A DNA stretch of 64,000 bases from Octopus vulgaris (taxonomy: Eukaryota). The notes under the pieces were generated by a model, which ran no database searches, was not told the origin of the DNA, and saw nothing but the letters and a program-made list of their open reading frames with translations. Shown here piece after piece: positions 1-12,474 of this stretch (position 1 is its first letter; the number at the start of each line of letters is the position of its first letter). The stretch is taken from NCBI GenBank assembly GCA_951406725.2, contig OX597842.1:33542001-33606000 (forward strand), given 5' to 3'. The translations under genes and the position numbers were made by a program.

Positions 1-198
1 TAGGACAAGATGTCTTGCAGTGTTTGTACTGAAGCTCTGCCATCGATGTTCAAATCTAAGGTCAACAGGCAGTCTATCACTTTCTCTGTTTGTCCATCTC
101 CTTAACATGGCTATCAAAATCAAATATTTGCTTTGGTATTTACATTATGTCTGCATTGCAGCTGTTGTTCTTCGTCTCTAGGATCAACCATAGAAAGT

Positions 199-583
199 GG
201 AAGCACTCCGTCGGTTACGACGATGAGGGTTCCGGTTGATCCGAATCAACCGAACAGCCTGCTCGTGAAATTAATGTGTAAGTGGCTGAGCACTCCACAG
301 ACACGTGTACCCTTAACGTAGTTCTCGGGGATATTCAGCGTGACACAGAGAGTGACAAGGCCGGCCCTTTGAAATACAGGTACAACAGAAACAGGAAGTA
401 AGAATGAGAGAAAGTTGTGGTGAAAGAGTACAGCAGGGATCACCACCATCCCCTGCCGGAGCCTCGTGGAGCTTTTAGGTGTTTTCGCTCAATAAACACT
501 CACAACGCCCGGTCTGGGAATCGAAACCGCGATCCTATGACCGCGAGTCCGCTGCCCTAACCACTGGGCCATTGCGCCTCCAC
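199..583 (-). mobile_element. tRNA-derived SINE family B (tail type 1), full length with TSD
   Basis: Minus strand starts GTGGAGGCGCAATGGCCCAGTGG (A box) and has GGTTTCGATTCC (B box). Perfect 12-bp TSD ACCATAGAAAGT at 187-198 and 584-595. Confidence 0.9.
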
Positions 584-739
584 ACCATAGAAAGTATAAG
601 AGGGTCAAACCAGTTGCTTTCAAGTTTTTGTTTCAAATCTTCATTCTTCGGGTTCAATTCTCGCAAAGGCCCACTTTCTTTCATTTTTTTTTATGTGTCA
701 ATAAGAAAGGACCAACGAAGCGCAAACGACCGAAGTGGA

Positions 740-1096
740 TGGTGCACTGTTGGTTAACTAGTGTGACCAACTGTCTTGCAGTACCTACGGGTTCAAATTA
801 CATTGAGATTCAATATATTTTCCATCTTTTCAGGGCCGATAACAAACTACCAATCAATCCTGAGCAGTGAATTGGTAGAACTGTAAGATGCCTTGTGGAA
901 TCTGCTCGGGTTCTTAACATTGTGAGTTCAAATCCCATCGAGATAGGCTCTACTTTTTATCATTTCGGAATCGGTAACAAAATGCCAGTGCAAGATAGTC
1001 GACAGGTGGAGCTGTAAGAAGGTCGAGGGAAAGTGCTTCGTGGAGTTCAAATGTTGCCAATGTCAAATGTGCCTTTCATATTTTCGGAGTCGATAA
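740..1096 (+). mobile_element. Degenerate tandem pieces of SINE family C
   Basis: Three decayed copies of GAGTTCAAAT...TTTCATCnTTTCGGGGTCGATAA. Confidence 0.6.
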
Positions 1097-1118
1097 AAAA
1101 AAAATTATAGCCCTTGTC

Positions 1119-1199
1119 TATAAGTAGAAGACACTTTCCCAAGGTGCCACGCAGTGGGACTGAACCCAAAACCACGTACTTGGGAAGCAAGCTACTTAC

Positions 1200-1204
<5 letters not shown>
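1119..1204 (-). mobile_element. SINE family A, head only
   Basis: Matches the GGTTCAGTCCCACTGCGTGGCACCTTGGG head of full family A copies. Confidence 0.8.
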
Positions 1205-1240
<36 letters not shown>

Positions 1241-1260
1241 ACACATATATACACTGATTT

Positions 1261-1576
1261 GTAGAGGCGCAATAGCCCAGTGGTTAGGGCAGCGGACTCG
1301 TGGTCGTAGGATCGCGGTTTCGATTCCCAGACAGGGCGTTGTGAGTGTTTATTGAGCGAAAACTCCTAAAGTTCCACGAGGCTCCGGCAGGGGATGGTGG
1401 TGATCCCCGCTGTACTCTTTCACCACAACTTTCTCTCACTCTTTCTTCTGTTGGCCTGCTCGCTTAGCCAGCGGGGTGGCGTCATTCGAAGGCTAAAATA
1501 ATGCGAATCGCATTGTGACCAGCGATGTGTAACAAACAACATCTGATGGCCTGGTCGGTCACGGTGATCACGGTGA
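1261..1576 (+). mobile_element. SINE family B (tail type 2)
   Basis: Same head as 199-583 but a different 3' half ending GGTCGGTCACGGTGATCACGGTGA. Near-perfect TSD ATATACACT(G/A)ATTT at 1247-1260 and 1576-1589. Confidence 0.88.
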
Positions 1577-1617
1577 TATACACTAATTTATTTATGAACA
1601 CATGAATCTCTATTTTG

Positions 1618-1658
<41 letters not shown>

Positions 1659-1673
1659 GTGTGGAGAGAGGTT

Positions 1674-1719
<46 letters not shown>

Positions 1720-1936
1720 CAAACACATGTGGAGCGTGTTATTTATACGATTCAGTGTCACGCATGCGCATTGACTACGGGTGTTTTCATCACGCCTCTG
1801 ACTCGTAACACTCTAAGACATATATATACAGACAATGAAACAGCATTCACACATCAATCTATCTGTCTGTCTGTATGTATGTATGTATGTCTATCTATCT
1901 ATCTTTATATATATAGATATATTATATATACATATA

Positions 1937-2096
1937 GGGGGTGGTATATGGGGTGTGTGGTACAGCTTGCAACCAACCACATGGTTCTTCAGTCCCACTG
2001 CGTGGCATCTTGGGCAAGTGTCTTCTGCTATACCCCGGGCCGACCAATGCCTTGTGAGTGGATTTCGTAGACGGAAACTGAAAGAAGCCTGTCGTA

Positions 2097-2169
<73 letters not shown>

Positions 2170-2388
2170 ATATATGTTTGTGTGTCTGTGTTTGTCCCCC
2201 CACCATTGCTTGACAACCGATGCTGGTGTGTTTATGTCCCCGTCACTTAGCGGTTCGGCAAAGAGACCGATAGAATAAGTACTGGGCTTACAAAGAATAA
2301 GTCCGGGGTCGATTTGCTCGACTAAAGGCGGTGCTCCACATGGCCACAGTCAAATGACTGAAACAAGTAAAAGAGTAAAAGAGAGAGT
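1937..2388 (+). mobile_element. SINE family A (tRNA head, CORE-like box, internal (TA)n, tail)
   Basis: TTGGGCAAGTGTCTT box, internal (TA)n(TG)n, tail ending GACTGAAACAAGTAAAAGAG. Family repeated more than 10 times in the window. Confidence 0.9.
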
Positions 2389-2698
2389 ATATATATATAT
2401 ATCTACACAGAAATCCATATGAACAAAATGCATACGTATATACGCCGATACATGCATATATATATATAAACACACATACACATATACACACATACGTGCA
2501 TACTTTTGTGTATACAAATACAGACAGATATGTGTGAGCGCGTGTGAGTGCGTGTACAGGAATGTGTGTGTATATATATTTATATGCGAGTGGTCGGAGA
2601 AAAGAGGCGGGCAGCGCTAGATGCGTTTTACGAACACACGAAGCTGTAAGCTGCTTGGAGCCAAAACAAACCGTTATTAAATACTAGTCTATATATAT

Positions 2699-3101
2699 AC
2701 TCTTTTTACTCTTTACTCTTTTACTTGTTTCAGTCATTTAACTGCGGCCATGCTGGAGCACCGCCTTTAGTCGAGCAAATCGACCCAGGGACTTATTCTT
2801 TGTAAGCCCAGTACTTATTCTATCGGTCGCTTTTGCCGAACCGCTAAGTGACGGGGACGTAAACACACCAGCATCGGGGACATACACAGACACACAAACA
2901 TATACACACACACACTTATATATATACATACATATATACGACAGGCTTCTTTCAGTTTCCGTCCACCAAATCCACTCACAAGGCATTGGTCGGCCCGGGG
3001 CTATAGCAGAAGACACTTGCCCAAGATGCCACGCAGTGGGACTGAACCCGGAACCATGTGGCTGGTTAGCAAGCTACTTACCACACAGCCACTCCTGCGC
3101 C
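2699..3101 (-). mobile_element. SINE family A
   Basis: Reverse complement begins GGCGCAGGAGTGGCTGTGTGGTAAG; standard tail. Confidence 0.9.
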
Positions 3102-3553
3102 TAAATACCTCTCCAGCGATATATATATATATATATATATATATGCGAGTGGGTATGACCAGATGGATAAATAAATAAGTAAGTGTATATATAAGTGTAT
3201 ATAATAAGAGTATATATATTTTTAACAAACGTTAAGCGCGTTTATATATATACAAAGAGAGAGAGAGAGATTGCTAGATAGATAGAAAGACAGACAGATA
3301 TATGGATGGATGGATGGATGGATGGATCGATGGATGGATGACTACATATATAGACACTCGAATAAATATATTGTGAGAGAGAATAGGGAGAAATACATCA
3401 CTAAATACACACACATGTATGTATGTATGTATATAACAGAAAATGAAGAGGCTCCGTGTGTATGTGTGTACGTGTGAGCATTTCTCTATATGTGCGAGCA
3501 TGCATGTTTGTTTCTGAATGTAGCATCTGTTTGTGTGTGTATCCATGTATATA

Positions 3554-3585
<32 letters not shown>

Positions 3586-3770
3586 CAGTGAGAGAGAGAG
3601 AGAGCGTATGTGTTTTAAAAAACAAGTATATGACAAAGACGAAGTGTATACAACGATAGAAATTTTGCATCTGTACATCTCTACACATTCACAGATGTGT
3701 ATTGTTACGTACGTGTATATTTTTGTACACGAGCGAGAACACACACACAAACACACACACAAACATATAT

Positions 3771-3818
<48 letters not shown>

Positions 3819-3918
3819 CTGTTTACATGTAAATATTTATGTCTTACCCAGCGTATACAATTCCGTTGCTCTACGTAGATCCATATATACATATAATAGA
3901 AAACACAAACACACACAC

Positions 3919-4303
3919 GTATGTATGTATGTATGTATATTATGTATGTATGTATGTATGTATGTATGTATGTATGTGTGTACGTATGTATGTGTGTGTA
4001 TGTATGTATGTATGTATGTATGTATGTACGTATGTATGCGTGTATGTATGTATGTATGTATGTATGTATGTATGTGTGTATGTATGTATGTACGTACGTA
4101 TGTATGTATACATGTATGTATGTATACATGTATGTATGTATGTATGTATGTATGTATGTATGTATGTATGTATGTATGTATGTATGTATGTATGTATGTA
4201 TGTATGTATGTATGTATGTATGTATGTATGTATGTATGTGTGTATGTGTGTATGTGTGTATGTGTGTATGTATGTATGTATGTATGTATGTGTGTATGTA
4301 TGT
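3919..4303. repeat. (TATG)n microsatellite
   Basis: Direct reading. Confidence 0.95.
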
Positions 4304-4456
4304 AGGTAGGTACGGGTATGTGTATGTATTACTAGAAAGAGAGATAAAATCCTATATACAAACATATATAGAGAGAGAGAAAGGGAGAGAGCGGGAGGAG
4401 GCGAGAGAGAGAGACAGACAGACAGAGAGAATATACATACATACATATATATACAT

Positions 4457-4487
<31 letters not shown>

Positions 4488-5062
4488 CTGGCGCTTGTGT
4501 ATACATATATTCGGGTATATATACTTACATACAGACTCGCGTGTGTGCTTGTGCGTGCAACCATGCGTGTACATCGCTGGAGAGGTATATATACGTATAT
4601 ACATACATACATACATACATATATATATACATACATCTGTGTGTGAGTGTATGTATATATATACATATATATATATATATAAATATACACACACACAGAC
4701 ATGCTAGTAATCTTATAGTCGAGTGTATATGTACAGCTATGCACATGCGATCGTACATGTATACATCAATATATATATATACATAAATATATATATATAT
4801 ATATATATCCGTACATGTATGTGTGTACATACCTTATATGGCGGAGGTGCAAGCTAGCACCAGCGTGTATAAGAACTCGGAAAGCCTACCAGTGGTAAAG
4901 CGGTCGCAGTCTCTCGTGTAACGCTCAACGCGGCCAGGAGGATGGATGAGGAGTAGCGGTGAGAGGAGATGCTGTAGAGAAGTGTACGGAGTGCGTTTAA
5001 GCTATGCATGGATGTATGTTTGCCTGTCGCTGTGTAGGTGCTCGCATGCGCGGGTCTGTGTG

Positions 5063-5094
<32 letters not shown>

Positions 5095-5207
5095 TGTATG
5101 TATGTATGTATGTATGTATATATATATGTATATATATATGTATGTATATATATATGTATATATATATGTATGTATATATATATATGTATGTATATATATA
5201 TATATGT

Positions 5208-5285
<78 letters not shown>

Positions 5286-5286
5286 A

Positions 5287-5326
<40 letters not shown>

Positions 5327-5353
5327 GTATGTATATATATGTATGTATATATA

Positions 5354-5386
<33 letters not shown>

Positions 5387-5405
5387 GTATGTATATATAT
5401 ACATG

Positions 5406-5438
<33 letters not shown>

Positions 5439-5453
5439 GTATGCATGTATATA

Positions 5454-5897
5454 GGCGCAGGAGTGGCTGTGTGGTAAGTGCCTTGTTTACGAACCACATG
5501 GTTCCGGGTTCAGTCCCACTGCGTGGCATCTTGGGCAAGTGTCTACTTTAGCCTCGGGTCGACCAGAGCCTTGTGAGTGGATTTGGTAGACGGAAACAGA
5601 AAGAAGCCTGTCGTATATATGTATATATATATATGTGTGTGTGTCTGTGTGTATATGTTTGTGTGTCTGTGTTTGTGCGTCTGTGTTTGTGTGTCTGTGT
5701 TTGTCCCCACCAACATCGCTTGACAACCGATGCTGGTGTGTTTACGCCACTGTAACTTAGCGGTTCGGCATAAGGGACCGATACAATAAGTACTAGGCTT
5801 ACAAAGAATAAGTCCTGGGGTCGATTTGCTCGACTAAAGGCGGTGCTCCAGCGTGGTCGCAGTCAAATGACTGAAACAAGTAAAATAGTAAAATAGT
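5454..5897 (+). mobile_element. SINE family A
   Basis: Full head-to-tail copy flanked by (TA)n. Confidence 0.9.
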
Positions 5898-6139
5898 ATA
5901 TATATATATATATATTATATATATATGGATAGATGGATGTATACGTGGATGAGTTTGCGATTTGTTTGTTTAATGTATTCCATGGTGATAAAAAAGATGT
6001 TTTCTATGTATGTTTGTGTGTGTACAACATGTGTACACATGTATATATATGTGTGTGTGTATGTGCATATACATGTGTACTTTGAGAGAGATGTGGTTGC
6101 TATTTCTACCATATATATATATATATATTTAACATGTAC

Positions 6140-7083
6140 AGATCTCCCTCATTGGCTTATACATACATATATACATAGATAAGAGAGTAGGGTGTGATTT
6201 GAGGGAGATTTGGCTGTTATTTCTACCAGGTCTAACTACCATGTAGAGGTCTCCCTTATTGGCTCATACATACATATATACATAGATAAGAGAGTAGGGT
6301 GTGATTTGAGGGAGATTTGGCTGCTATTTCTATCAGGTCTAGCTACCATGTAGAGGTCTCCCCCATTGGCTCATACATACATATATACATAGATAAGAGA
6401 GTAGGGTGTGATTTGAGGGAGATTTGGCTGCTATTTCTACCAGGTCTAGCTACCATGTAGAGGTCTCCCTCATTGGCTCATACATACATATATATATACA
6501 TAGATAAGAGAGTAGGGTGTGATTTGAGGGAGATTTGGCTGTTATTTCTACCAGGTCTAACTACCATGTAGAGGTCTCCCTCATTGGCTCATACATACAT
6601 ATATACATAGATAAGAGAGTGGGGTGTGATTTAGGGAGATTTGGCTGCTATTTCTACCAGGTCTAGCTACCATGTAGATGTCTCCCTCATTGGCTCATAC
6701 ATACATATATACATAGATAAAAGAGTGGGGTGTGATTTGAGGGAGATTTGGCTGCTATTTCTATCAGGTCTAGCTACCATGTAGAGTTCTCCCTCATTGG
6801 CTCATACATACATATATACATAGATAAGAGAGTGGGGTGTGATTTGAGGGAGATTTGGCTGCTATTTCTACCAGGTCTAGCTACCATGTAGAGGTCTCCC
6901 TCATTGGCTCATACATACATATATACATAGATAAGAGAGTGGGGTGTGATTTGAGGGAGATTTGGCTGCTATTTCTACCAGGTCTAGCTACCATGTAGAG
7001 GTCTCCCTCATTGGCTCATACATACATATATACATAGATAAGAGAGTGGGGTGTGATTTAGGGAGATTTGGCTGCTATCTCTA
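6140..7083. repeat. ~107-bp tandem repeat, about 8-9 copies
   Basis: ATACATAGAT recurs at 6171, 6278, 6385 and onward; near-identical units. Confidence 0.95.
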
Positions 7084-7090
7084 TCCTTCA

Positions 7091-7291
7091 AAATGTGACC
7101 GAGTGTGTACCGTTGGCGATTTTCTTTTCCTCCATCTTCCCTTCTTTGGATCTTCCCTTTTCCTATGTTTCTGACGAAGAGCTCCCCTCGAAACGTTAAA
7201 TCCTCCTTTCCTGAGCGTCCAATAATACTATACTTGTACCACGTCCTCGCGTTGTTGTGTTTTCTCTTTGTGTTTTCATGTTTGGATTAAC
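7091..7291 (+). mobile_element. ~200-bp hammerhead-bearing element (Penelope pLTR-like)
   Basis: Homologous to 10768-10974(-); ends at (TA)n; contains a hammerhead motif. Confidence 0.7.
7167..7201 (+). ncRNA. Minimal type I hammerhead ribozyme motif
   Basis: guuu-CUGACGA-a-gag(cuccc)cuc-GAAAC-GUU-aaa: intact core, short stem II, palindromic stem III. Confidence 0.65.
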
Positions 7292-7318
7292 TATATATAT
7301 ATATGTATATATACATAT

Positions 7319-7520
7319 TAGTTGAAATTTACAAAAAGCAAAACAAAAAACAATAGACGAAGACTGGTGTATAATCAACAAGCACGTCTATTATTTTTAC
7401 GCTCGGGAAAGCTGAAAACGTCTTTTACGTTTCGAGCCTACGCTCTTCAACAGAAAGGGATAAGAGGAAAAAACCCCAGAAAGAATGAAAAGCACGCGTG
7501 GAATTCTGTGGTTCAACACA
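7319..7520 (-). mobile_element. Hammerhead-bearing element, related subfamily, tail-to-tail with 7091-7291
   Basis: Minus 7422-7457: cuuu-CUGUUGA-a-gagc(guag)gcuc-GAAAC-GUA-aaag. Shares downstream TTTCCyGAGCGT..AATAATA with the 7091 copy. Confidence 0.65.
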
Positions 7521-7564
7521 TATATATACGTATATATATATACATATATATATACAAGCACACA

Positions 7565-8560
7565 CTAGACTGTTACCCTTCGTATGACGCTAAACGTTGT
7601 CAGTGTTCTTTTGCTACCATGGGGCATAATCAGAAAATGCAGCATCTGATAATAATTCTGCTTGTTCCTCCGTTACCTAGCCCGTCCGTAACACTTCCAC
7701 GTGATAAGTTGAACGGTGGAAGGAGAGAGAAGGAGTGGATGGAAAGGATGGGGGAGAGATGGGGTTGGGTGCTGAGGGGATAAGAGAGATATGGAGGGGA
7801 AGGGTGAAGGGGAGGGGAGTAGCAGGGAGAGGGGTAGTGAGTGAAATGTGTAAATTGTTTTCTGAGCTAATATTTTTTTCCTCCGCTACTTAGCCCGTCT
7901 GTAACGCTTTCCTTTGATTAGATGAGGGGAAATTCGAAAGCGAACGAAAAATGAGAGAGAAAAAGAGGGAGAATGCAGTCTATTAAGTCTATAAAAATTG
8001 TGTATGAAGTATATAAAGTGTATATATAAAGCGTATATATATATGCATATATAAAGTGCATTAATTAATCATCGTTTTCCAATTTCTTTCACTTTTCAAT
8101 GATTAGCAGATGAGAGACTATCTTTTGATACAAACAACATAGGTTACGTTTTCAGGTTTTTTGGAGAAAATGTTCAGAAATAACCCAATAAATTTACCAT
8201 TAATTCTGTGAAATATTCACGGGTGCTGCTATAAATCAGACATTCCTTCGCTTTTCACTGATTAGCAGACGACCAACTATCTTTTGATACAGACACAACA
8301 CAGGTTACGTTTTCGGGTTTTTTGGAGAAAGTCTTCAGGAATAACTCAATAAATTTACTATTAATTCTGTGAAATATTCACGGGTCCTGCTTTAAATCAG
8401 ACAAACCTTCGCTTTTCACTGAATAGCAGACGACCGACTATCTTTTGATACAGACACAACACAGGTTACATTTTCGGGGGTTTTTTTGATAAAGATTTCA
8501 GAAATGACCCTATAAACTTACCATTAATTCTGTGAAATATTCACGAGTCTCGCAAGTAGA
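7565..8560 (-). mobile_element. Possible non-autonomous Helitron with internal minisatellite
   Basis: Minus strand A|TC start at 8560 and CTAG|T end at 7565 with a decayed subterminal hairpin. Boundaries inferred. Confidence 0.4.
8090..8548. repeat. ~160-bp tandem repeat, ~3 copies
   Basis: CTTTTCAnTGAnTAGCAGA at 8092, 8251, 8412. Confidence 0.9.
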
Positions 8561-8897
8561 TATATTATTTATAATTTAGTTTTTATGAAATTTTCTTGTT
8601 TCTTTCGCAAAATGATGAAGCCAATTATGATAATATTCGAAAGAAAAATATTTATTACCTTAAAAGTAAATATAAGAAAGTTCACAATGAAAATGTCTTG
8701 TCCGCGTTGACTAAATATCATAGAAGAAGCGATCTCCGTCTAGGTTTTTCTATCTGTCGGTCGTTGCGCGCGCGCGTGTGTTTGTGTGTGTGTGTTCATT
8801 GAAAACGTAGGTACCTACATAGAGACAGAAAGGCTAATCCAAGGGTCATGCATGAAGGAAGGTGATGAGGACTGACCAGAAGTGAGGGGTGGGTTAG

Positions 8898-8940
<43 letters not shown>

Positions 8941-9108
8941 CATACATACATATATATATATATATAAGGAGGTAGACAGATAGATAGATAAATAGAGAGA
9001 GAGGGGAGAAAGAGATAAACAGACTGTCAGACAGGTAGATAAATAGACAGACGGATAGACAGGCAGACAGATAGACAGGCAGGCAGACAGACAAACAGAG
9101 ATAGATAG

Positions 9109-9176
<68 letters not shown>

Positions 9177-9513
9177 GGATAGATAGATAGATAGATAGAT
9201 AGAAAGATAGATAGATAGATAGATAAATAGATAGAGAAACAAATCGGCAGATAGACAGAGATGTAGACGGATGTATAGATAGGGGATTATCTACCTGGCT
9301 AGCTTGATATGCAGGTAGGTAGGTAAGAAGGTATGTAGGCATGTTGGTGGGTAGGTAGATAGGTAAGTAGGTAGGTAAGTAAGTAGATATATGGATAGAT
9401 AAATCTAATAGATAGATATATAGGTAGGTAGGTAGATAGATAGATGGTTAGATGAAGTAGATAAATAGATCAATAGATGGATGGTAGATAGATAAGTAGG
9501 GACTAGATCGATC

Positions 9514-9567
<54 letters not shown>

Positions 9568-9598
9568 GATAAATAGAGATAGATAGATAGATAGACAG

Positions 9599-9663
<65 letters not shown>

Positions 9664-10354
9664 CTCTCCTCCGGTTAGGTTACAATCCAGATATGCATCT
9701 TTTATATCTTCCAGCAATTCTTATAATCGCATTCATCGATCAAACTTTGAGGCGTTTCTTCCGAGAAAGATACCTAAAATTGTCAAACCTATCAAACCCG
9801 CATGTCATGGAATATATGATGTGACTTCCGGTGATAATGGCTTTTCGCTGTCTTTCAGTTTCTGAGTAGAGCGAATTTTGTCTTCGAAAGTGTGTGAAGA
9901 ACAACGGGTATGTTTTGGTATCATTAAGCCTTTTTAGCGAATCAGTCACAAGTGCGTATGTATGTATTGTCGTGTGTGTGTTGGCACTGGAGAGTGAGAT
10001 TGAGAGCACAATGCCCAAAGTATTCGGTCGTTCAATAACATTTCAAACAATGTGTGTATATATATATATATGAAACTAAGGTTACAGAACAAACAAATGC
10101 AAGGTCATCCACATAACATTTCATATCTCGAACATTTAATCATAGAATATACATTTATAACATCACGGAAGATGAAACATAACTCATCTGTACAAGCATA
10201 TAAGAAAGTGCGAGAAAAATGCGTGAATACAGTTCAACACGGTTAAAAGTTAATACTTTAGCGATTAAGAAATATATATTTAAAAAAAAAACATTACAAC
10301 ACCTAGAAAATAAATACATAAAAATATAGTATAAAGTAATATATAAATATATTG

Positions 10355-10407
<53 letters not shown>

Positions 10408-10410
<3 letters not shown>

Positions 10411-10768
10411 TGGCTGTGTGATAAGTAGCTTGCTAACCAACCACACGGTTGCGGGTTCAGTCCCACTGCGTGGCATCTTGGGCAAGTGTCTTCTGCTATA
10501 GCCCCGGGCCGACCAATGCCTTGTGAGTGGATTTAGTAGACGGAAACTGAAAGAAGCCTGTCGTATATATGTATATATGTATGCGTGTGTTTGTGTGGCT
10601 GTGTTTGTCCCCCTAGCATTGCTTGACAACCGATGCTGGTGTGTTTAGGTCCCCGTCACTTAGCGGTTCGGCAAAAAGAGACCGATAGAATAAGTACTAA
10701 AAGGTGGTGCTCCAGCATGGCCGCAGTCAAATGACTGAAACAAGTAAAAGAGTAAAAGAGAAAAGAGT
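10408..10768 (+). mobile_element. SINE family A
   Basis: Head through tail, with an internal deletion in the tail. Confidence 0.88.
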
Positions 10769-10970
10769 AATCCAAACATGAAAAGCACAGAAAAAACACA
10801 ACAACGCGAGGACGTGGAACAAATATAGTATTATTGGACGCTCAGGAAAGAAGGAAAGAAGGAGGGTTCAACGTTTCGAGCGGAGCTCTTCGCTGGAAAC
10901 ATAGGAAAACGAAAGATCCAGAGAAGGGAAGACGGAGGAAACAAATCGCCAACGGTACACACGCGTTCAC

Positions 10971-10974
<4 letters not shown>
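10768..10974 (-). mobile_element. Hammerhead-bearing element (decayed core)
   Basis: Reverse complement closely matches 7091-7291; motif CCAGCGA-a-gagc(ucc)gcuc-GAAACGUU at 10866-10900. Confidence 0.7.
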
Positions 10975-11020
<46 letters not shown>

Positions 11021-11028
11021 GTGTGTGT

Positions 11029-11543
11029 GTGGAGGTGCAATGACCTAGTGGTTCGCGCAGCGGACTCGCGGTCATAGGTTCGCGATTTCGATTTCCAGAC
11101 CGGGCATTGTGAGTGTTTATTGAGCGAAAACACCCAAAAACCTCCACGAAGCTCCCGCAGTGGATGGCGATGAACCCTGCTGTACTCTTTCACCACAACT
11201 TTCTCTCACTCTTTTTTCCCATTTCTGTTGTTCCAGTAATTCAAAGGAGCCAGCCTTGTCACACTCTGTGTCACGCTGAATCTCTCCGAGAACTAAGTTA
11301 AGGGTACATGTGTCTATGGAGTGCTCAGCCACTTCTACGTTAATAAATGAGCTGCGACGTCACTGGTGCCAAGCTGTATCGGCCCCTTTGCCTTTCCCTT
11401 GGATAACATCAGTGGGGTGGAAAGGGGAGGCTGGTATGCCTGGGCAACTGTTGGTCGTCCATAAACAACCTTGCCCAGACTTGTGCCTCGGAAGATAACT
11501 TTCTAGGTGCAATCCCATGGTCATTCATGACCGAAGGGGGGTC
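11029..11543 (+). mobile_element. SINE family B (tail type 3)
   Basis: Family B head and body, then a distinct tail ending CATGACCGAAGGGGGGTC. Confidence 0.85.
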
Positions 11544-11564
11544 ACAACACAACACAATATATAT

Positions 11565-11624
<60 letters not shown>

Positions 11625-11625
11625 A

Positions 11626-12025
11626 GGCGCAGGAGTGGCTGTGTGGTAAGTAGCTTGTTTACCAACCACATGGTTCCGGGTTCAGTCCCACTACGTGGAA
11701 CCTTGGGCAAGTGTCTTCTACTATAGCCACGGTCCGACCAATGCCTTGTGAGTAGATTTGGTAGACGGAAACTGAAAGAAGCCTGTCGTATATATGTATA
11801 TATATATATATATGTTAGTGTGTCTGTGTTTGTCCCCCTAGCATTGCTTGACAACCGATGCTGGTGTGTTTATATCCCCGTTACTTAGCGGTTCGGCAAA
11901 AGAGACCAATAGAATAAGTACTGGCTTACAAAAGAATAAGTCCCGGGGTCGATTTGCTCGATTAAAGGCGGTGCTCCAGCATGGCCACAGTCAAATGACT
12001 GAAACAAGAAAAAGAGTAAAAGAGT
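11626..12025 (+). mobile_element. SINE family A
   Basis: Full copy. Confidence 0.9.
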
Positions 12026-12125
12026 ATACATACATATATACACGAATATATATGCACACACGTATATATACATACATATATACACGAATATATATACACA
12101 CACGTATACGCACATATATACATAC

Positions 12126-12189
<64 letters not shown>

Positions 12190-12474
12190 GTGTGAGTGTG
12201 TAGTGGGAGAGGTGTTGGCGGCGCTGGTGATGACTGTTGAGTGCAGGGAGAGCGGAGTGGAAACCGACTTCCGCCACGATCGGAAAACGATTGGCAGAAA
12301 AAGTCTGACGTTGTCTGGCGATTCATTTTGCTGAGATTGCTGTTGTTTTCGGCAGGATTGATTAATTGTATCAATCAGAATGCACCGAAGCATGCAGCAG
12401 CAACAGCAGCAGCGGCAGCAGCAGTTGAGTGTTCAGTGTTGAGTGTAAGTGAAGTTGAAGCTGTGTTGAGTGAA

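Noticed and set aside
505-583. tRNA gene
   Set aside because: A and B boxes are present but there is no acceptor stem or terminator; continues into a SINE body with TSD.
3274-5551. Long YI/MYVC/HT-rich ORFs (also 38027-40537 and 54399-59932)
   Set aside because: Translations of (TA)n, (TATG)n, (CA)n and (ATCT)n microsatellites.
9662-10030. Unique islands as possible host exons (also 1-190 and 61650-61880)
   Set aside because: No recognisable protein similarity or convincing splice-bounded frame by eye; needs RNA-seq or BLASTX.
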